Program-made: the position numbers and the translations under genes
Shown here: positions 37,318-47,417 of the stretch, piece after piece
Position numbering within the stretch: the first letter of the stretch is position 1
Layout: each line of letters starts with the position of its first letter
Notes under the pieces: generated by a model
Seen by the model: the letters and a program-made list of their open reading frames with translations, nothing else
Told to the model about the DNA's origin: nothing
Database searches by the model: none
Origin: a virus
Lineage: Duplodnaviria; Caudoviricetes
Direction: 5' to 3' (one strand)
Length of the DNA: 64,000 nt
Virus record (IMG/VR): IMGVR_UViG_3300012211_000004
Span: 742-64,741 of that record

Positions 37318-37776
37318 CTACTTCCAAACTCCAGAGACGGCTATGAAGAGCTGATCAGCATCTCTGATAGTTTGCAGAGTCTTCTTCCATGAAGCTTCGT
37401 ACTCTTTAAGCCACCCTTGCATTTCTGCTTTACGCTCTGGGTCTGATGTACGCCTTATATCGTCTTTTAAATCACGCCCGGATGTATCAGGCCCATAGTA
37501 CGCACATGACACCCTGGATCTCTTTAATGTGCCACCTATTTCATAAATCACATGGAGGTGTACATCAGTCTCTTTTTTACACTCAGATGTACAGACATTC
37601 ACCCATCCCCAGATGGTAGCAAGAGGGTTTATGGTTCCATTCTCATCAGTGATAAAGTCACTTCCCTCAACAAGTTGTTGATAGAGGGCCTGCGTTACCT
37701 GCTTGGTTCCTATCGTGAGCACTCTAATCGTGATTTGACGCTCTTCTATTGCCGGTTCATTTGTTGCTCTATTCAT
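37318..37776 (-). CDS. Hypothetical phage protein
   Basis: IRVLTIGTKQVT..WGWVN..QLFIAV. Confidence 0.7.
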   Translation of the reverse strand: MNRATNEPAIEERQITIRVLTIGTKQVTQALYQQLVEGSDFITDENGTINPLATIWGWVNVCTSECKKETDVHLHVIYEIGGTLKRSRVSCAYYGPDTSGRDLKDDIRRTSDPERKAEMQGWLKEYEASWKKTLQTIRDADQLFIAVSGVWK

Positions 37777-37834
37777 CTTGTTTTCTCCTATAGCCAAGTA
37801 CTATACATTGACACTACATTGTTGCTTTACAATT

Positions 37835-38043
37835 CGGTAACGGTAACGGATGTAACGGAGGAAACCAGGGAAGATTTTTCTATGATTTCCAAAAGGCACT
37901 TTACCGATTCTCTCCGTTACATCCGTTACCGTTACCGGGTAACGGATGTAAAAAATAAGTGTTACCCCTGAGTAAATTGGCTCTACATGCTGATTCAAGA
38001 CCTTCCCCCGGTAACGGTAACGGATGTAACGGAGGAAACCAGG
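37835..38043. repeat. Putative replication origin for the primase-helicase
   Basis: 35-bp direct repeat CGGTAACGGTAACGGATGTAACGGAGGAAACCAGG (37835-37869, 38009-38043), 26-bp inverted copy (37912-37937), partial copy 37938-37951. Confidence 0.8.
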
Positions 38044-38069
38044 TTTTTTGCACGCAATTGTCGGTCTTT

Positions 38070-40340
38070 TCACTCAAATTCCCTTTCATCTTTCTTTGGC
38101 TGGCTCTTAGAGTAGATATACAATCCTTCTACTCCTTTTTTGTTCTTTCCCTCGATTTTCTTCTGCACACCAGTGATGTACCCTTTTGACTGCAAGCTAA
38201 GAGAGAGTCCTCTAGGGCTTTTGGGGTGCTGTACATTGTTGTCCTTGCACCATGTGGTATAGCTCTTAGTCACATCTTCGTTGGCTTCCCAGCACCCCTT
38301 GGCCTCTTCTTCTGTTTCGCAGCACTCGTCTAGCCACTGCTGCACATAGTCCAATTCGGCACGCTGCTTTTGCGTTACATTTTTGACGGCATCGGGAGTT
38401 GTAAGCCCCTTAGATCCCAGCGCATACCACTTCTTAGAGCCTTCAATACCCCATGCTAGTACCGCTTCTAATGCATCTGGCTGTTGCAGTCGAGACTTCT
38501 TCGTTTTATCTTCGTTGCCCAGGAAGCTGTTAGGAAATTCGATAACCTTGACTCGTCCCCACAACGCGTCGTCTTCTGGGTCCCCATTAACAGGCCAATT
38601 CGAGAGCATCCACACCTTGAATTGCGGTCTATACTCAAAAAAGTCTTTGTGTTTGAAACACGCGCGTATGCGGTCGCCTCCGGTGAGCTGCTTGATCTTT
38701 GCAGGATTGAGAGACTGCCCTCTCAAACTCTCACTGGCGAAAATCATTCGGCTAGCTTTGAGTGGGGCTAGATCGAAGTTACTAACATCTCCCTCTCGTT
38801 TGGCAGTAAAGCTATTGAAATCCACGCCAGTCGAAAGCGGACTTGGCATGAGGGACATGAATATTTCTGAGATTGTGCCCTTGCCACTTCTAGGAGGTCC
38901 AAATAGGTAGAACAATATTTCTTCTCTCGTATGTCCTGTCATGCTATAGCCTAGGGCTAGCTGCAGGTAGTCGATAACCTCTTGTCCCCCGCCGACAACA
39001 CCAGTCAAGTAGTCAGGCAATTCTTGGGAAAAAGCTTCTGGCCTATAGGCGACTGGTATGCAGTAGGTAAATCGCTGTACTCTACTATGGGGCTGGATAT
39101 CCCCTGTCTCCAGATTGACAACTCCATTTTTGCAATTGAGTAGATCTGGATTATTATCAAATTCCTCGATACTGACATTTACCAGTGTCTTGAAGCGGTT
39201 AATGCAACCATTAACGCGTTTATCCTCTCCTTTTGTGCATTTGACAACATTTTCTTTTTCTAGATCAACCGCCGCGTGCCTGCGGATACGTAGCGTCTTC
39301 ACTGCATTCTTTTTAGCTTCAGCTCCCTCTGGGTCGAGCTTCCAATGGGTCCCTGTATAGTAAAGCCATCCTCTAGAAGGACAGTAGAGGAAGTCCTGAC
39401 CAAAGAGAGCTTCCATGGCATCGCCATTGCCTGAATCATCATCAGTGAAGCTGCATAATCGTTCTTTGGTCGGCTCGCTAGTGCTATGGGGCTTACTCCC
39501 GTTCCCATTTGGAGAATGGGCTTGGCCGGGGCTATACGTGGTGGTACTCCCCCAAGGATCACGCTTTGCATAGGAATAGGCGGATGCTACCTTAGCTCTT
39601 GCGTCCGCTTCTGTGAAGGGTTCATGCTTTCCCTTCGTGTTGTGTGTGGGCGCTCGTCTGGCAAATTCCATGCAGACGGATTCCGCTTCCATCTGGGAAT
39701 AGTTGTTGTCTTGCAACTGCTTGGCGAGTCGGAAGCAAGCATCATCCCTTCCGTTATGAGCTTCTGCTAAGGCCTTTTCAAGTGCGATGTCAGCTATAGA
39801 GCGTGTTCGCTTCTCTTGTGGGGGATAGAGCAAGCCTAGAAAGCTGCGCAAGTCTTTGGGGAGAATATTTAAGCTGTCTAACTCGCCGGGGGTGCGCAGC
39901 CAGACATACTCGCCACTGGTGTTCTTGCCACAAAAGACAGCATAGCCGCCATCGCCACGTATGTCGAGCCCGGGCCAGCGTTCCCCCATCTCTATTTTGG
40001 ATCTACTATTAAGAGTGGGAACAAACCATCCAGGGTGTTCAAAGTCCGCGTGCAAGCCACCTGAGCCAGTCTGCCTATGCGGATCTAGTCCTAAGCTCTC
40101 AAATGTATTTTTTCCTGGCTCCCCATCACCGTCAAGGATAATGAGATTGCTGATAGACCCGGTGATCACCGCCCAGGCTGGCGGATTATACTGTTTCTGC
40201 CATTGGTTTATCTGCTCAACACTAGCGCGTTCTTGCTGGTATTGCTTCCAGGCAAACAGAGGCTTTTTATTGATGCCGACAGGGATAACCGACCAGCCGA
40301 GGCCTGTTACCACATCGGTAATAGAGGAGATGGTATACAT
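38070..40340 (-). CDS. Bifunctional primase-polymerase fused to D5/P4-type SF3 helicase
   Basis: Prim-pol motifs (WSVIPV, ILDGD, TGSGGLH, DIRGDGGY), D5_N (NPDLLNCKNG), Walker A GPPRSGKGT. Confidence 0.93.
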   Translation of the reverse strand: MYTISSITDVVTGLGWSVIPVGINKKPLFAWKQYQQERASVEQINQWQKQYNPPAWAVITGSISNLIILDGDGEPGKNTFESLGLDPHRQTGSGGLHADFEHPGWFVPTLNSRSKIEMGERWPGLDIRGDGGYAVFCGKNTSGEYVWLRTPGELDSLNILPKDLRSFLGLLYPPQEKRTRSIADIALEKALAEAHNGRDDACFRLAKQLQDNNYSQMEAESVCMEFARRAPTHNTKGKHEPFTEADARAKVASAYSYAKRDPWGSTTTYSPGQAHSPNGNGSKPHSTSEPTKERLCSFTDDDSGNGDAMEALFGQDFLYCPSRGWLYYTGTHWKLDPEGAEAKKNAVKTLRIRRHAAVDLEKENVVKCTKGEDKRVNGCINRFKTLVNVSIEEFDNNPDLLNCKNGVVNLETGDIQPHSRVQRFTYCIPVAYRPEAFSQELPDYLTGVVGGGQEVIDYLQLALGYSMTGHTREEILFYLFGPPRSGKGTISEIFMSLMPSPLSTGVDFNSFTAKREGDVSNFDLAPLKASRMIFASESLRGQSLNPAKIKQLTGGDRIRACFKHKDFFEYRPQFKVWMLSNWPVNGDPEDDALWGRVKVIEFPNSFLGNEDKTKKSRLQQPDALEAVLAWGIEGSKKWYALGSKGLTTPDAVKNVTQKQRAELDYVQQWLDECCETEEEAKGCWEANEDVTKSYTTWCKDNNVQHPKSPRGLSLSLQSKGYITGVQKKIEGKNKKGVEGLYIYSKSQPKKDEREFE

Positions 40341-40528
40341 AGACGCGCTCCATTCCTACTGCTACCCAGCACGTCTATATACTGCCTTGATCTTTTTGAG
40401 ATCCAAGGCTATACTAAGAGTGAGTAGCAAGTTCCAAGGGTCATCTCTAGCAGTTTTCCAGACCGGCATATGAGGTGACCTGAATGCTACGAAATTTTCA
40501 ATTGTCGTCGGCCAGCACGTCGCTGGCT

Positions 40529-41038
40529 TTATTTTTTGTCTTCTGGTCGGCTGTCGATGTATTCCTGTAAGTCCTCCGGTTTGACTTTCCAGTGAAAACC
40601 AGCATTGACACTCTTGATAAGGCCATGTTGCAGCATCGACCTGGCCCTGTTTGGATGTACCCCCAGCCTTTTGGCTATATCCTTCGCTGTAAGTAAATGA
40701 TCTGCTGGTTTGTGTTTTGGCGCGTATGGTCTGTATGCAATTCTTTTGTTTTTTAATGGCATTCCAAGCTCTAAGTAATGCATTATATGCAATCGTTCTT
40801 GCTTTGCCGCCTCGTCGCTTGTCAGGTCTGCCATGATGATAATTAAGATAGGCGTGAGTGAATGGTGCTTCAGATCCGTAATCCATCTCTTTTTGTCCTC
40901 GCTTTCCCTTTCCGATGTATTTAGCATATGAACTTGCAATCTGCGTCGAGCATCGCAAGTGCGCCCAATGTAGTGGATGAGATTGTCTCTCGGATCGATT
41001 AATGCATAAACTGAGTGCACTGCCTCTCTTCTTGGCAT
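40529..41038 (-). CDS. GIY-YIG nuclease domain fused to excisionase/Cro-like HTH_17
   Basis: VYALIDPR..YIGRT..R..H..E..N, then LLTAKDIAKRLGV..WKVKPEDLQEYI. Confidence 0.8.
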   Translation of the reverse strand: MPRREAVHSVYALIDPRDNLIHYIGRTCDARRRLQVHMLNTSERESEDKKRWITDLKHHSLTPILIIIMADLTSDEAAKQERLHIMHYLELGMPLKNKRIAYRPYAPKHKPADHLLTAKDIAKRLGVHPNRARSMLQHGLIKSVNAGFHWKVKPEDLQEYIDSRPEDKK

Positions 41039-41231
41039 GAATTAACCTCCTATGTTCTTTTACTTTCCTTTTGCTAATAGCATTGTACCATGGAAGTAAA
41101 AGATTTGCAAGAGTGTAGTAAAATAAAAATGAATGTGTTACAATGGTTTTAGATCTGTGTTGACTTTCTTTCAGAAAGGTTTTACTATTAGAGTAATAAG
41201 ACTTGTCATTGCAACACAGTAGGAGGGGCTT

Positions 41232-41483
41232 ATGAAAGACGAAAAGAATCTGAGGGTTCTGCTGAAATACTGGCGTAAACGTCGCGGATTGTCGATAGAG
41301 AAGCTTGCAAAAGATGCCAAGGTCTCTACGGTTACTATCCAGAGGATTGAGAAAGAAGGGCGCATGCCGCGTCCAGACGTTCTTGAGCGATTGATCAAAA
41401 CTTTGAATATCACCTTGGAAGAGTTGGTTGCTGATACTTCCGAAGATACGGCTGAAGACAGCCATAGTATTGCGGTTGCGTAG
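41232..41483 (+). CDS. XRE-family repressor
   Basis: LKYWRKRRGLSIEKLAKDAKVSTVTIQRIEK; divergent from 41038. Confidence 0.88.
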   Translation: MKDEKNLRVLLKYWRKRRGLSIEKLAKDAKVSTVTIQRIEKEGRMPRPDVLERLIKTLNITLEELVADTSEDTAEDSHSIAVA

Positions 41484-41875
41484 GGACAGATCCCCCTGTC
41501 CCTCTAGTTCGCTTCTATTCACTTCAACACTCCTCTCTCTTATTCATCCCAATATCGTAAAGTACTGTACAGCAGTTTAGTATGTGCCCACTCTTTATAC
41601 GCGTTGTTATAGAGTTTGTCTCTTACACACATGTAGAGACAGAAGCGCATTCTGCTGGTGTAGGCTTTGTTTATGCAAGCGCGAATAATGCTTCTGCTAG
41701 CCATCATATCGCCAGTCCTTCTCTTTCCACTCCCTGAGATGCTTCTGCACTCTCAATTCATAAATGATGATACAGCCGCTTATGGTGAAGAGTACGGCTA
41801 TGCCTGAGATACATATGATCATTGTGTGTTCTCTTTCTGATGGTTATCCACATGTTAATAACTTTTGTTGATAAG

Positions 41876-42232
41876 TTATTGTGATGCTTTGTTCTTACGC
41901 TTTTTCTTGTCTTCGAAGCCCGGGAGGAACTGCTGACCAGCATCTATCTGAGCTTGACGTACCTTGCGTTTCCTAGTCTTGGCATGGGCAGTCCCGTCGT
42001 ATTCCATGTGGCATGCTTGGCAAAGAGCGGCTAGCACGGGCCGTTTGCTCTTGATGTCGTGGTCGAGGTGTGCAGCTGCTAGATTAACTGTGAATGGGCG
42101 TCGGTAGATCTTGCCAGTACGAATCTCTCCATGTTGAGCGCCGCACCGTTCGCACTTCCATCCTGCTAGCTCTTTGCATTTCTTGGCTATCTTTTGCCAG
42201 TTGCGTGGGTAAAGCTTGATGTCATAAGGCAT
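41876..42232 (-). CDS. Small HNH-like zinc protein
   Basis: YPRNW..CERCG..AAHLDHD..LCQACH. Confidence 0.75.
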   Translation of the reverse strand: MPYDIKLYPRNWQKIAKKCKELAGWKCERCGAQHGEIRTGKIYRRPFTVNLAAAHLDHDIKSKRPVLAALCQACHMEYDGTAHAKTRKRKVRQAQIDAGQQFLPGFEDKKKRKNKASQ

Positions 42233-43220
42233 CGCTCGTTACCTCCGAATCGAGGAATGTAGAGGCTTTAGAGCTTTTGAGTTGAGCAACCGCGTCTATA
42301 ATCCGTTGGGCCATGTCTACGGCGTGGTCTATGAGTGCCCAGTTACTCCCTGTAACCACCTGGCTCTCAATGGGAGATGGGAGTTGGCCGAGCAGGGTTA
42401 CTGAACACTTTCCCCACTCTTCCGTTGCTTTCTTCACTCGGTCATTAATCCGGTGCTCATACATCTCTTGCTCATGTCTAGCTTTATTGGCGTCTCTTTG
42501 CTCGTCTAGTTCTTTGCTCAATTTTGCTCTAATTTGCGCAAGATTGTCCCTCTGCTGAGTGCGTTCTTGCAGCTCGGCTTCTAGCCTCTTTAGCCGCTCT
42601 TTGGTTTCCGGGGTATCCTCTGGTATCAGCTTGGTCTCAGATATCTCTTGCTCTAGATCGTCTATCCTTGCGTTTAGTAGCTCTTTCTGCTGTTGTGCAT
42701 CTTGCTTGTAGTAGTCGAACATTGTTTGCAGTTGCTTGTTCTTGGCTTCAAGTTCTGCTAACTCTGCTTTGTGTTTGTCTCTGATTTGCTTAGCTAACTC
42801 TTCACTGACATCTTTACCAGCCTCTAGGAGTGACTTAGCCTCTTGGCGTGCTGACTCAGGAACACGCTTTGAAGAGAGCAGATACATCGCACGATCCTCA
42901 ATTACTGCGATGGTCGCAGTAAAATCCCCCCATCGCAGTGCGGTATTCATCTTGTCAACAATTGTGCGTTCACTCCATCCAAATGTAGCCTGAGCTGACT
43001 CTATGAATTCCTTGTATGGAAGATTTTCAATTCCCCTAGCTTCAAGCAGGTCCTTTCCATCTTCGTATGCCGTAGCTATGTTTCGTATCAGGATACGTTT
43101 GTAAATTCCCTGTAATGTATCTGCTTGTTCTGGCGTCACCTTAGAATAGTCGTAAATTGCTTGTGAAGGGACTTCAGCAGACACATTGAACTCGTTGAAA
43201 AGAGATAGCTCGCTACTCAT
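42222..43220 (-). CDS. Coiled-coil protein (DUF3102-like N-terminus)
   Basis: GKDLLEAR..FGWSERT..MYLLSS..PESAR, then a long coiled coil. Confidence 0.65.
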   Translation of the reverse strand: MSSELSLFNEFNVSAEVPSQAIYDYSKVTPEQADTLQGIYKRILIRNIATAYEDGKDLLEARGIENLPYKEFIESAQATFGWSERTIVDKMNTALRWGDFTATIAVIEDRAMYLLSSKRVPESARQEAKSLLEAGKDVSEELAKQIRDKHKAELAELEAKNKQLQTMFDYYKQDAQQQKELLNARIDDLEQEISETKLIPEDTPETKERLKRLEAELQERTQQRDNLAQIRAKLSKELDEQRDANKARHEQEMYEHRINDRVKKATEEWGKCSVTLLGQLPSPIESQVVTGSNWALIDHAVDMAQRIIDAVAQLKSSKASTFLDSEVTSDAL

Positions 43221-43947
43221 CTGCTTTGCCTCTCTTCTTCTCACCCATTGGTAGCAGCAACGGGACTGAGACACCCGCTGGCAACGGATCAAGAGAGTAA
43301 CCTGGAAGATCTCTAGCCGCCAGCTGCTCTACAATCTCAGCTATCTTGCTCTGTAGTAGGCTGGCTGTTTCCTCTGCTTTCTGGTCATCTTCATTATGCT
43401 TAGCCATATGGTTGGGTGCTTCATGGGCATATCCGCGTATCCTTCTCAGGACAAAGCCAAGATCTGCAAGGGTAGCAGCTCGGTCGTCTACGAAAGCCTC
43501 TTGATCACGCTTGTTCCACCCGATACACTCCGCAATAGCAAATACACAGATATTATTGAGCCAATTGACATCATCTTCTAGTGAGATTAGGTAGTACTTG
43601 GAGTTCTTGTTCTTCTTTCGGTAGTCTGTGCGCAAGTATGCTGCATACTCACCGGCAAGGTTTGGCACACGATATGATGCAACGGTCAAGTTTTGTAGAC
43701 CCTTGGTAGCAAGAAAAGCTCTCACCGTTCTAACATCACAAATAGCGCTAGCCTTTATAGTCACATCTTTACCTTGCTCATCCCTGACTATCAGGACATC
43801 GGGGAATTGTTTCATTTTGATAGCGTGAGAGGTGCTATCAGCACAATTCAGTCTAGCTAATGTCCGCTCTGCATGGCGTTCGATATCTTTGCTGTTATTG
43901 TCTAACTCTAATGCATTAATGGTGTTGAATGATAATTCTAGTGACAT
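43213..43947 (-). CDS. Hypothetical protein
   Basis: GAGGAGG RBS, 244 aa. Confidence 0.7.
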   Translation of the reverse strand: MSLELSFNTINALELDNNSKDIERHAERTLARLNCADSTSHAIKMKQFPDVLIVRDEQGKDVTIKASAICDVRTVRAFLATKGLQNLTVASYRVPNLAGEYAAYLRTDYRKKNKNSKYYLISLEDDVNWLNNICVFAIAECIGWNKRDQEAFVDDRAATLADLGFVLRRIRGYAHEAPNHMAKHNEDDQKAEETASLLQSKIAEIVEQLAARDLPGYSLDPLPAGVSVPLLLPMGEKKRGKADE

Positions 43948-43961
43948 GTGTAATTCCTCCT

Positions 43962-44144
43962 CTACTTGTCTTTTGCCTCTTTTATCAACTTACTGGTGTC
44001 AGTAACATGATCGGTCGTCGGGCCTGCCTCTACTATGTTCGATGGAAGCCCCATGCGCCTCTTCAGCTCTTCAACGTCTTTCTCGAAAAGCTGGCCTTTT
44101 GTCCAATATTGTACCTCTTGTGCTTTAATCGGTTCCTCATTCAT
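43962..44144 (-). CDS. Hypothetical protein
   Basis: Coupled small ORF. Confidence 0.55.
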   Translation of the reverse strand: MNEEPIKAQEVQYWTKGQLFEKDVEELKRRMGLPSNIVEAGPTTDHVTDTSKLIKEAKDK

Positions 44145-44418
44145 GCTTTCTTTCCTTCTCCTCTGCTAATTCTATCAACAACTCTTCATGCTCTTGCAGC
44201 CACTTGAGCAAGTTGAGTGATGTTCCTGGTGTCATACCTACTAAGTAGAGCGCTTCGCAATATGGCACTTTTGGCGATACGAGCGCTACATGGTACTCAT
44301 CTTCCCGCTTGAATGTGTTATCAGTTTGCATCACATGTGGGTGTGTTGTCTTAAACTCCACGATAAGCGGTTTATGCTGCTCAGTACTGATAGAGGTGCT
44401 GTGCTTTTCAAGATCCAT
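44137..44418 (-). CDS. Hypothetical protein
   Basis: GAGG RBS, overlaps its neighbours. Confidence 0.6.
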   Translation of the reverse strand: MDLEKHSTSISTEQHKPLIVEFKTTHPHVMQTDNTFKREDEYHVALVSPKVPYCEALYLVGMTPGTSLNLLKWLQEHEELLIELAEEKERKHE

Positions 44419-44719
44419 GGTTTGCCTCTTCTTCTATATGCTTCTCTTGCTTCTCTCTAATCTGCCTCTCTCGAATAGCGGCACGCCACAAGCAGAGCTG
44501 CATGGTCTGAGCACTCATGTGGTGCTGCTCACCATCTACGCTCTTCCATGTGATGGTCCACCAGTAGCGGGTACTCACGTCTGGTCTGTAGTGGACTCCA
44601 AGCGTAGCTGGCCCCTGTCCGTTAATGGCAATATCCTTGAGAAAATATTCGAGGTCAATTTCTGCCCACTCGACAGCACGACGCGCCTGGTAGACGGTGG
44701 TATCGAAGAGAGAGGTCAT
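44408..44719 (-). CDS. Hypothetical protein
   Basis: ATGA coupling at 44719. Confidence 0.6.
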   Translation of the reverse strand: MTSLFDTTVYQARRAVEWAEIDLEYFLKDIAINGQGPATLGVHYRPDVSTRYWWTITWKSVDGEQHHMSAQTMQLCLWRAAIRERQIREKQEKHIEEEANHGS

Positions 44720-45213
44720 TCCGTCGCCTCTTCTTCTGCAATATGCTTCTGCCAAAACCTAAGAGACTGCCATAAGCGCATCTGTTCCACACACATCAGT
44801 TCTATATCAGAGAGCCTCTTGCACTCTTGGCAGTCGTCTTGATGGAGAGAGATAGCGTCGTTAACACACACCCAAACGCGCCTTGCACGATCTGGTGTGA
44901 TCTCTTCAAAGTTGCTGGTCCTGGTCGTGAGTGCTGGTAGATCTATGGCAGTGTCGCGCTCTGAGATCGGGATGGACATGCCACAGGAGTGCAGTGAGCC
45001 CCGAGCGTTACGATACATGGAGCCTCCGCAGTGTGGACACTGGCCCTCGTAAGTCACTTGGGGCTCTGTACCTGCTGTAGCTTCTGCGGAGTATGCAGAC
45101 ATGGCAGGCCCTGAGCAATTGCAGCTAGGGCACATCCGATCAAAAATGAGGTACATCGGGGCTCCGCATTGTGTGCAGTAGCTGTTTGGCTGCATACCGA
45201 GGTAGGTGCTCAT
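44716..45213 (-). CDS. Multi-zinc-ribbon hypothetical protein
   Basis: CTQC, CPSC, CPHC, CQEC. Confidence 0.6.
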   Translation of the reverse strand: MSTYLGMQPNSYCTQCGAPMYLIFDRMCPSCNCSGPAMSAYSAEATAGTEPQVTYEGQCPHCGGSMYRNARGSLHSCGMSIPISERDTAIDLPALTTRTSNFEEITPDRARRVWVCVNDAISLHQDDCQECKRLSDIELMCVEQMRLWQSLRFWQKHIAEEEATE

Positions 45214-45779
45214 GCAGATGCTCCCTTCTTCACAGGCCATGGTAGCCCAAAATCACGCCGCTTGATCTTGGCATAGCGATAGAGCAGGTTGTCATGCCAG
45301 ACAATGCCTTCAATGGGGTGCGTAGCTAGGAAATCTCGAATACCGTCATAGCTCAACTTGAACGGCTCGGTGATGATCAGAGGATAAAGCACAAAGGCGT
45401 ACAGCATCGGATGTGAGGCTTCTACACCGCCCTGTATCTTAGGTCCTAGTGCCTCACACGACCATGCAACATCAGGCCACGTGAAGAAGTCCGTAGCGTC
45501 TACAGCAGCATAGATATGCTTGTCTGAGGGATCATTGCGACTGGCCTCGACATAGCCAGGCTCAGCACCAGCGGCTTTTTCTTCGCGTGTAGGGTTGCGT
45601 CGCTTCTCGACATGGACGGCATATCCATTGGAGGTAGTCACACGAATGTTTGTCCCGTCCTTCTTGACTGTAGGTATGCCATATCCATCTAGTACCCATG
45701 CTGCTTCAGGATTAACTTCACGGGTGACTAGCTTCATATTCTCAGGATTGCGGATAAACAGAGTTGGTATTTTGATCAT
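45210..45779 (-). CDS. ATP-dependent RNA ligase-like nucleotidyltransferase (DUF5565-like)
   Basis: KIPTLF, motif I TVKKDGTN, EALGPKIQG, EGIVWH, AKIKRRDF. Confidence 0.8.
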   Translation of the reverse strand: MIKIPTLFIRNPENMKLVTREVNPEAAWVLDGYGIPTVKKDGTNIRVTTSNGYAVHVEKRRNPTREEKAAGAEPGYVEASRNDPSDKHIYAAVDATDFFTWPDVAWSCEALGPKIQGGVEASHPMLYAFVLYPLIITEPFKLSYDGIRDFLATHPIEGIVWHDNLLYRYAKIKRRDFGLPWPVKKGASA

Positions 45780-46039
45780 ACGGCAGCCTCCTCGCGCTTT
45801 CCATAGCCGTTCTCGATAGCGTATCTGGCAATGCGAATATAAGTACGTAGACCTATCTTGAGGCTAATATTCTCTACATGCTTCTCTATGGTCCTAATGG
45901 ATATATTGAGGATAGGAGTCATTTCTTCATATGTGTAGCATCTTGCCATGAGATGCAGTATATCTTTCTCTCTGTTCGTCAGCTCCATATTGCGAATACG
46001 ACTCATCCGGTTCTCGTACCCTGTGTTTTCCCTGTCCAT
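45776..46039 (-). CDS. Stand-alone LuxR-type HTH regulator
   Basis: LTNREKDIL..ISIRTIEKHVENI..K; GGAGG RBS. Confidence 0.85.
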   Translation of the reverse strand: MDRENTGYENRMSRIRNMELTNREKDILHLMARCYTYEEMTPILNISIRTIEKHVENISLKIGLRTYIRIARYAIENGYGKREEAAV

Positions 46040-46546
46040 ATGCGTCCTCCGATAAATGCATGAATAATATGACGTGGAATACGTGTAATCACGTAGAAAA
46101 GACAATTCTCTTGATATTATGCCCTATTTTCTGCTGAAAGAGAATTGACGATATTGGATACGTGATACATTGATATATATAATCACGTATGATACCCGAT
46201 AAGTGCCGATATTTCTGTAATCTCGGTCACTGGATTGATGTGGAACGGTTCGCAGCCAGAAAGATATAGCTCTATATGACCGATATGAGGTAGTTCATCG
46301 GCTGAGCCCCGCTTTCTGCTTGTGTAATAAGTTAATGGTTGAGGTTACACTTTTAGTGTAGTTGCAGCTATTGTGTATGAACGGGTACTTTTTGACTATA
46401 GAGAGATGTATAGATGTGGTTGTGATGTGGTAAATTTTCGGTAAAATGGCATGACAAAACCTCGACCAAGCTGTTTTTTTTGGCCGAGTGCTGTAATTAT
46501 GAGAGCCGCGTCCTTCTTTGCCCAGACACCTGCTGCGTGCTCTTTT

Positions 46547-46774
46547 TTATATTCCTCTCAAGATGTCTTCAGGTGCCATCTTGAAGGCGTTTGCTAGCTT
46601 CCTAAGCGTAGCGACCCTGGGCCAGAGTTCTCCATATTCTATCTGCTGGAGATGGCGTGGGTTTAGATCTGCTTCAGCAGCTAATTTCTCTTGCGTCCAC
46701 TTCCTCTCCTCTCGGAGTTGCACTATCCGCTTTCCGAGCAACTGTTCTAATGACACACTACAAGTCCTACACAC
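46547..46774 (-). CDS. XRE HTH regulator
   Basis: LGKRIVQLREERKWTQEKLA..IEYG..TLRKLANAF. Confidence 0.85.
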   Translation of the reverse strand: MCRTCSVSLEQLLGKRIVQLREERKWTQEKLAAEADLNPRHLQQIEYGELWPRVATLRKLANAFKMAPEDILRGI

Positions 46775-46881
46775 TTTTGTGCAAGCATATGCCTGTTATA
46801 GGGCTTTTGCCACGAGTGTAACTCTGGTGCTACAATGAGGCTCTTCTATTTGTGTGCATGTAGATCTAGGAGGTAAGGACT

Positions 46882-47112
46882 ATGCTAGGCAATCAAAGCG
46901 AGCTGGCGTCTATTTTGGAGCGGATCGACTCGGAGAATCAGGCAGCTCAGTGGGCTCTCAGTGCTCCGAATTTGGGCACGGCAAAGCACCTATTCATTAC
47001 GCGTCGTATGGAGCGTATGGGAGCGCTGCATGAAGAGTTAGAAGGGCTGGTAGGGGAGCAGCAAGCGATGGAACTGACGGTGAAGACGATGGAAGGAGGG
47101 ATTATACAATAG
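46882..47112 (+). CDS. Hypothetical protein
   Basis: AGGAGG RBS, upstream TG-TACAAT, downstream hairpin. Confidence 0.7.
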   Translation: MLGNQSELASILERIDSENQAAQWALSAPNLGTAKHLFITRRMERMGALHEELEGLVGEQQAMELTVKTMEGGIIQ

Positions 47113-47170
47113 ATATATCTGAGCACTGAAAGGGCCATACCTGGATAATTAGGTATGGCCCACTTTGTTG

Positions 47171-47377
47171 CTATGACTCAGGTTTTTCTGCTAGTTTGCT
47201 CAGCGCAATGCAATCTGAGCATATAGTGCCTTGCTCTCCTAGATCAAGGAGAATGCCCGATGAGCAATCCTCATGCACAGGCTCATTGCAGCTATCGCAC
47301 AAATGCATTTCACTTGTTTTGCTGTACTTGTGGCAGACCGTACATGCTGCCTCAAAGATGTCTAGAACTTGGTTCAT
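47171..47377 (-). CDS. Small PHD-like zinc protein
   Basis: CTVC..CDSC..HEDC..CSDC. Confidence 0.6.
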   Translation of the reverse strand: MNQVLDIFEAACTVCHKYSKTSEMHLCDSCNEPVHEDCSSGILLDLGEQGTICSDCIALSKLAEKPES

Positions 47378-47417
47378 ACATCCCTTTCTAAGGCTCCCGC
47401 GAGAGAGCCCCTTGCTG

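Noticed and set aside
37835-38043. CRISPR array
   Set aside because: Repeats are in mixed orientation and irregularly spaced, and there are no cas genes; an origin fits better
40362-41522. 386-aa minus-strand ORF
   Set aside because: Overlaps two well-supported genes and their divergent promoter region; no motifs
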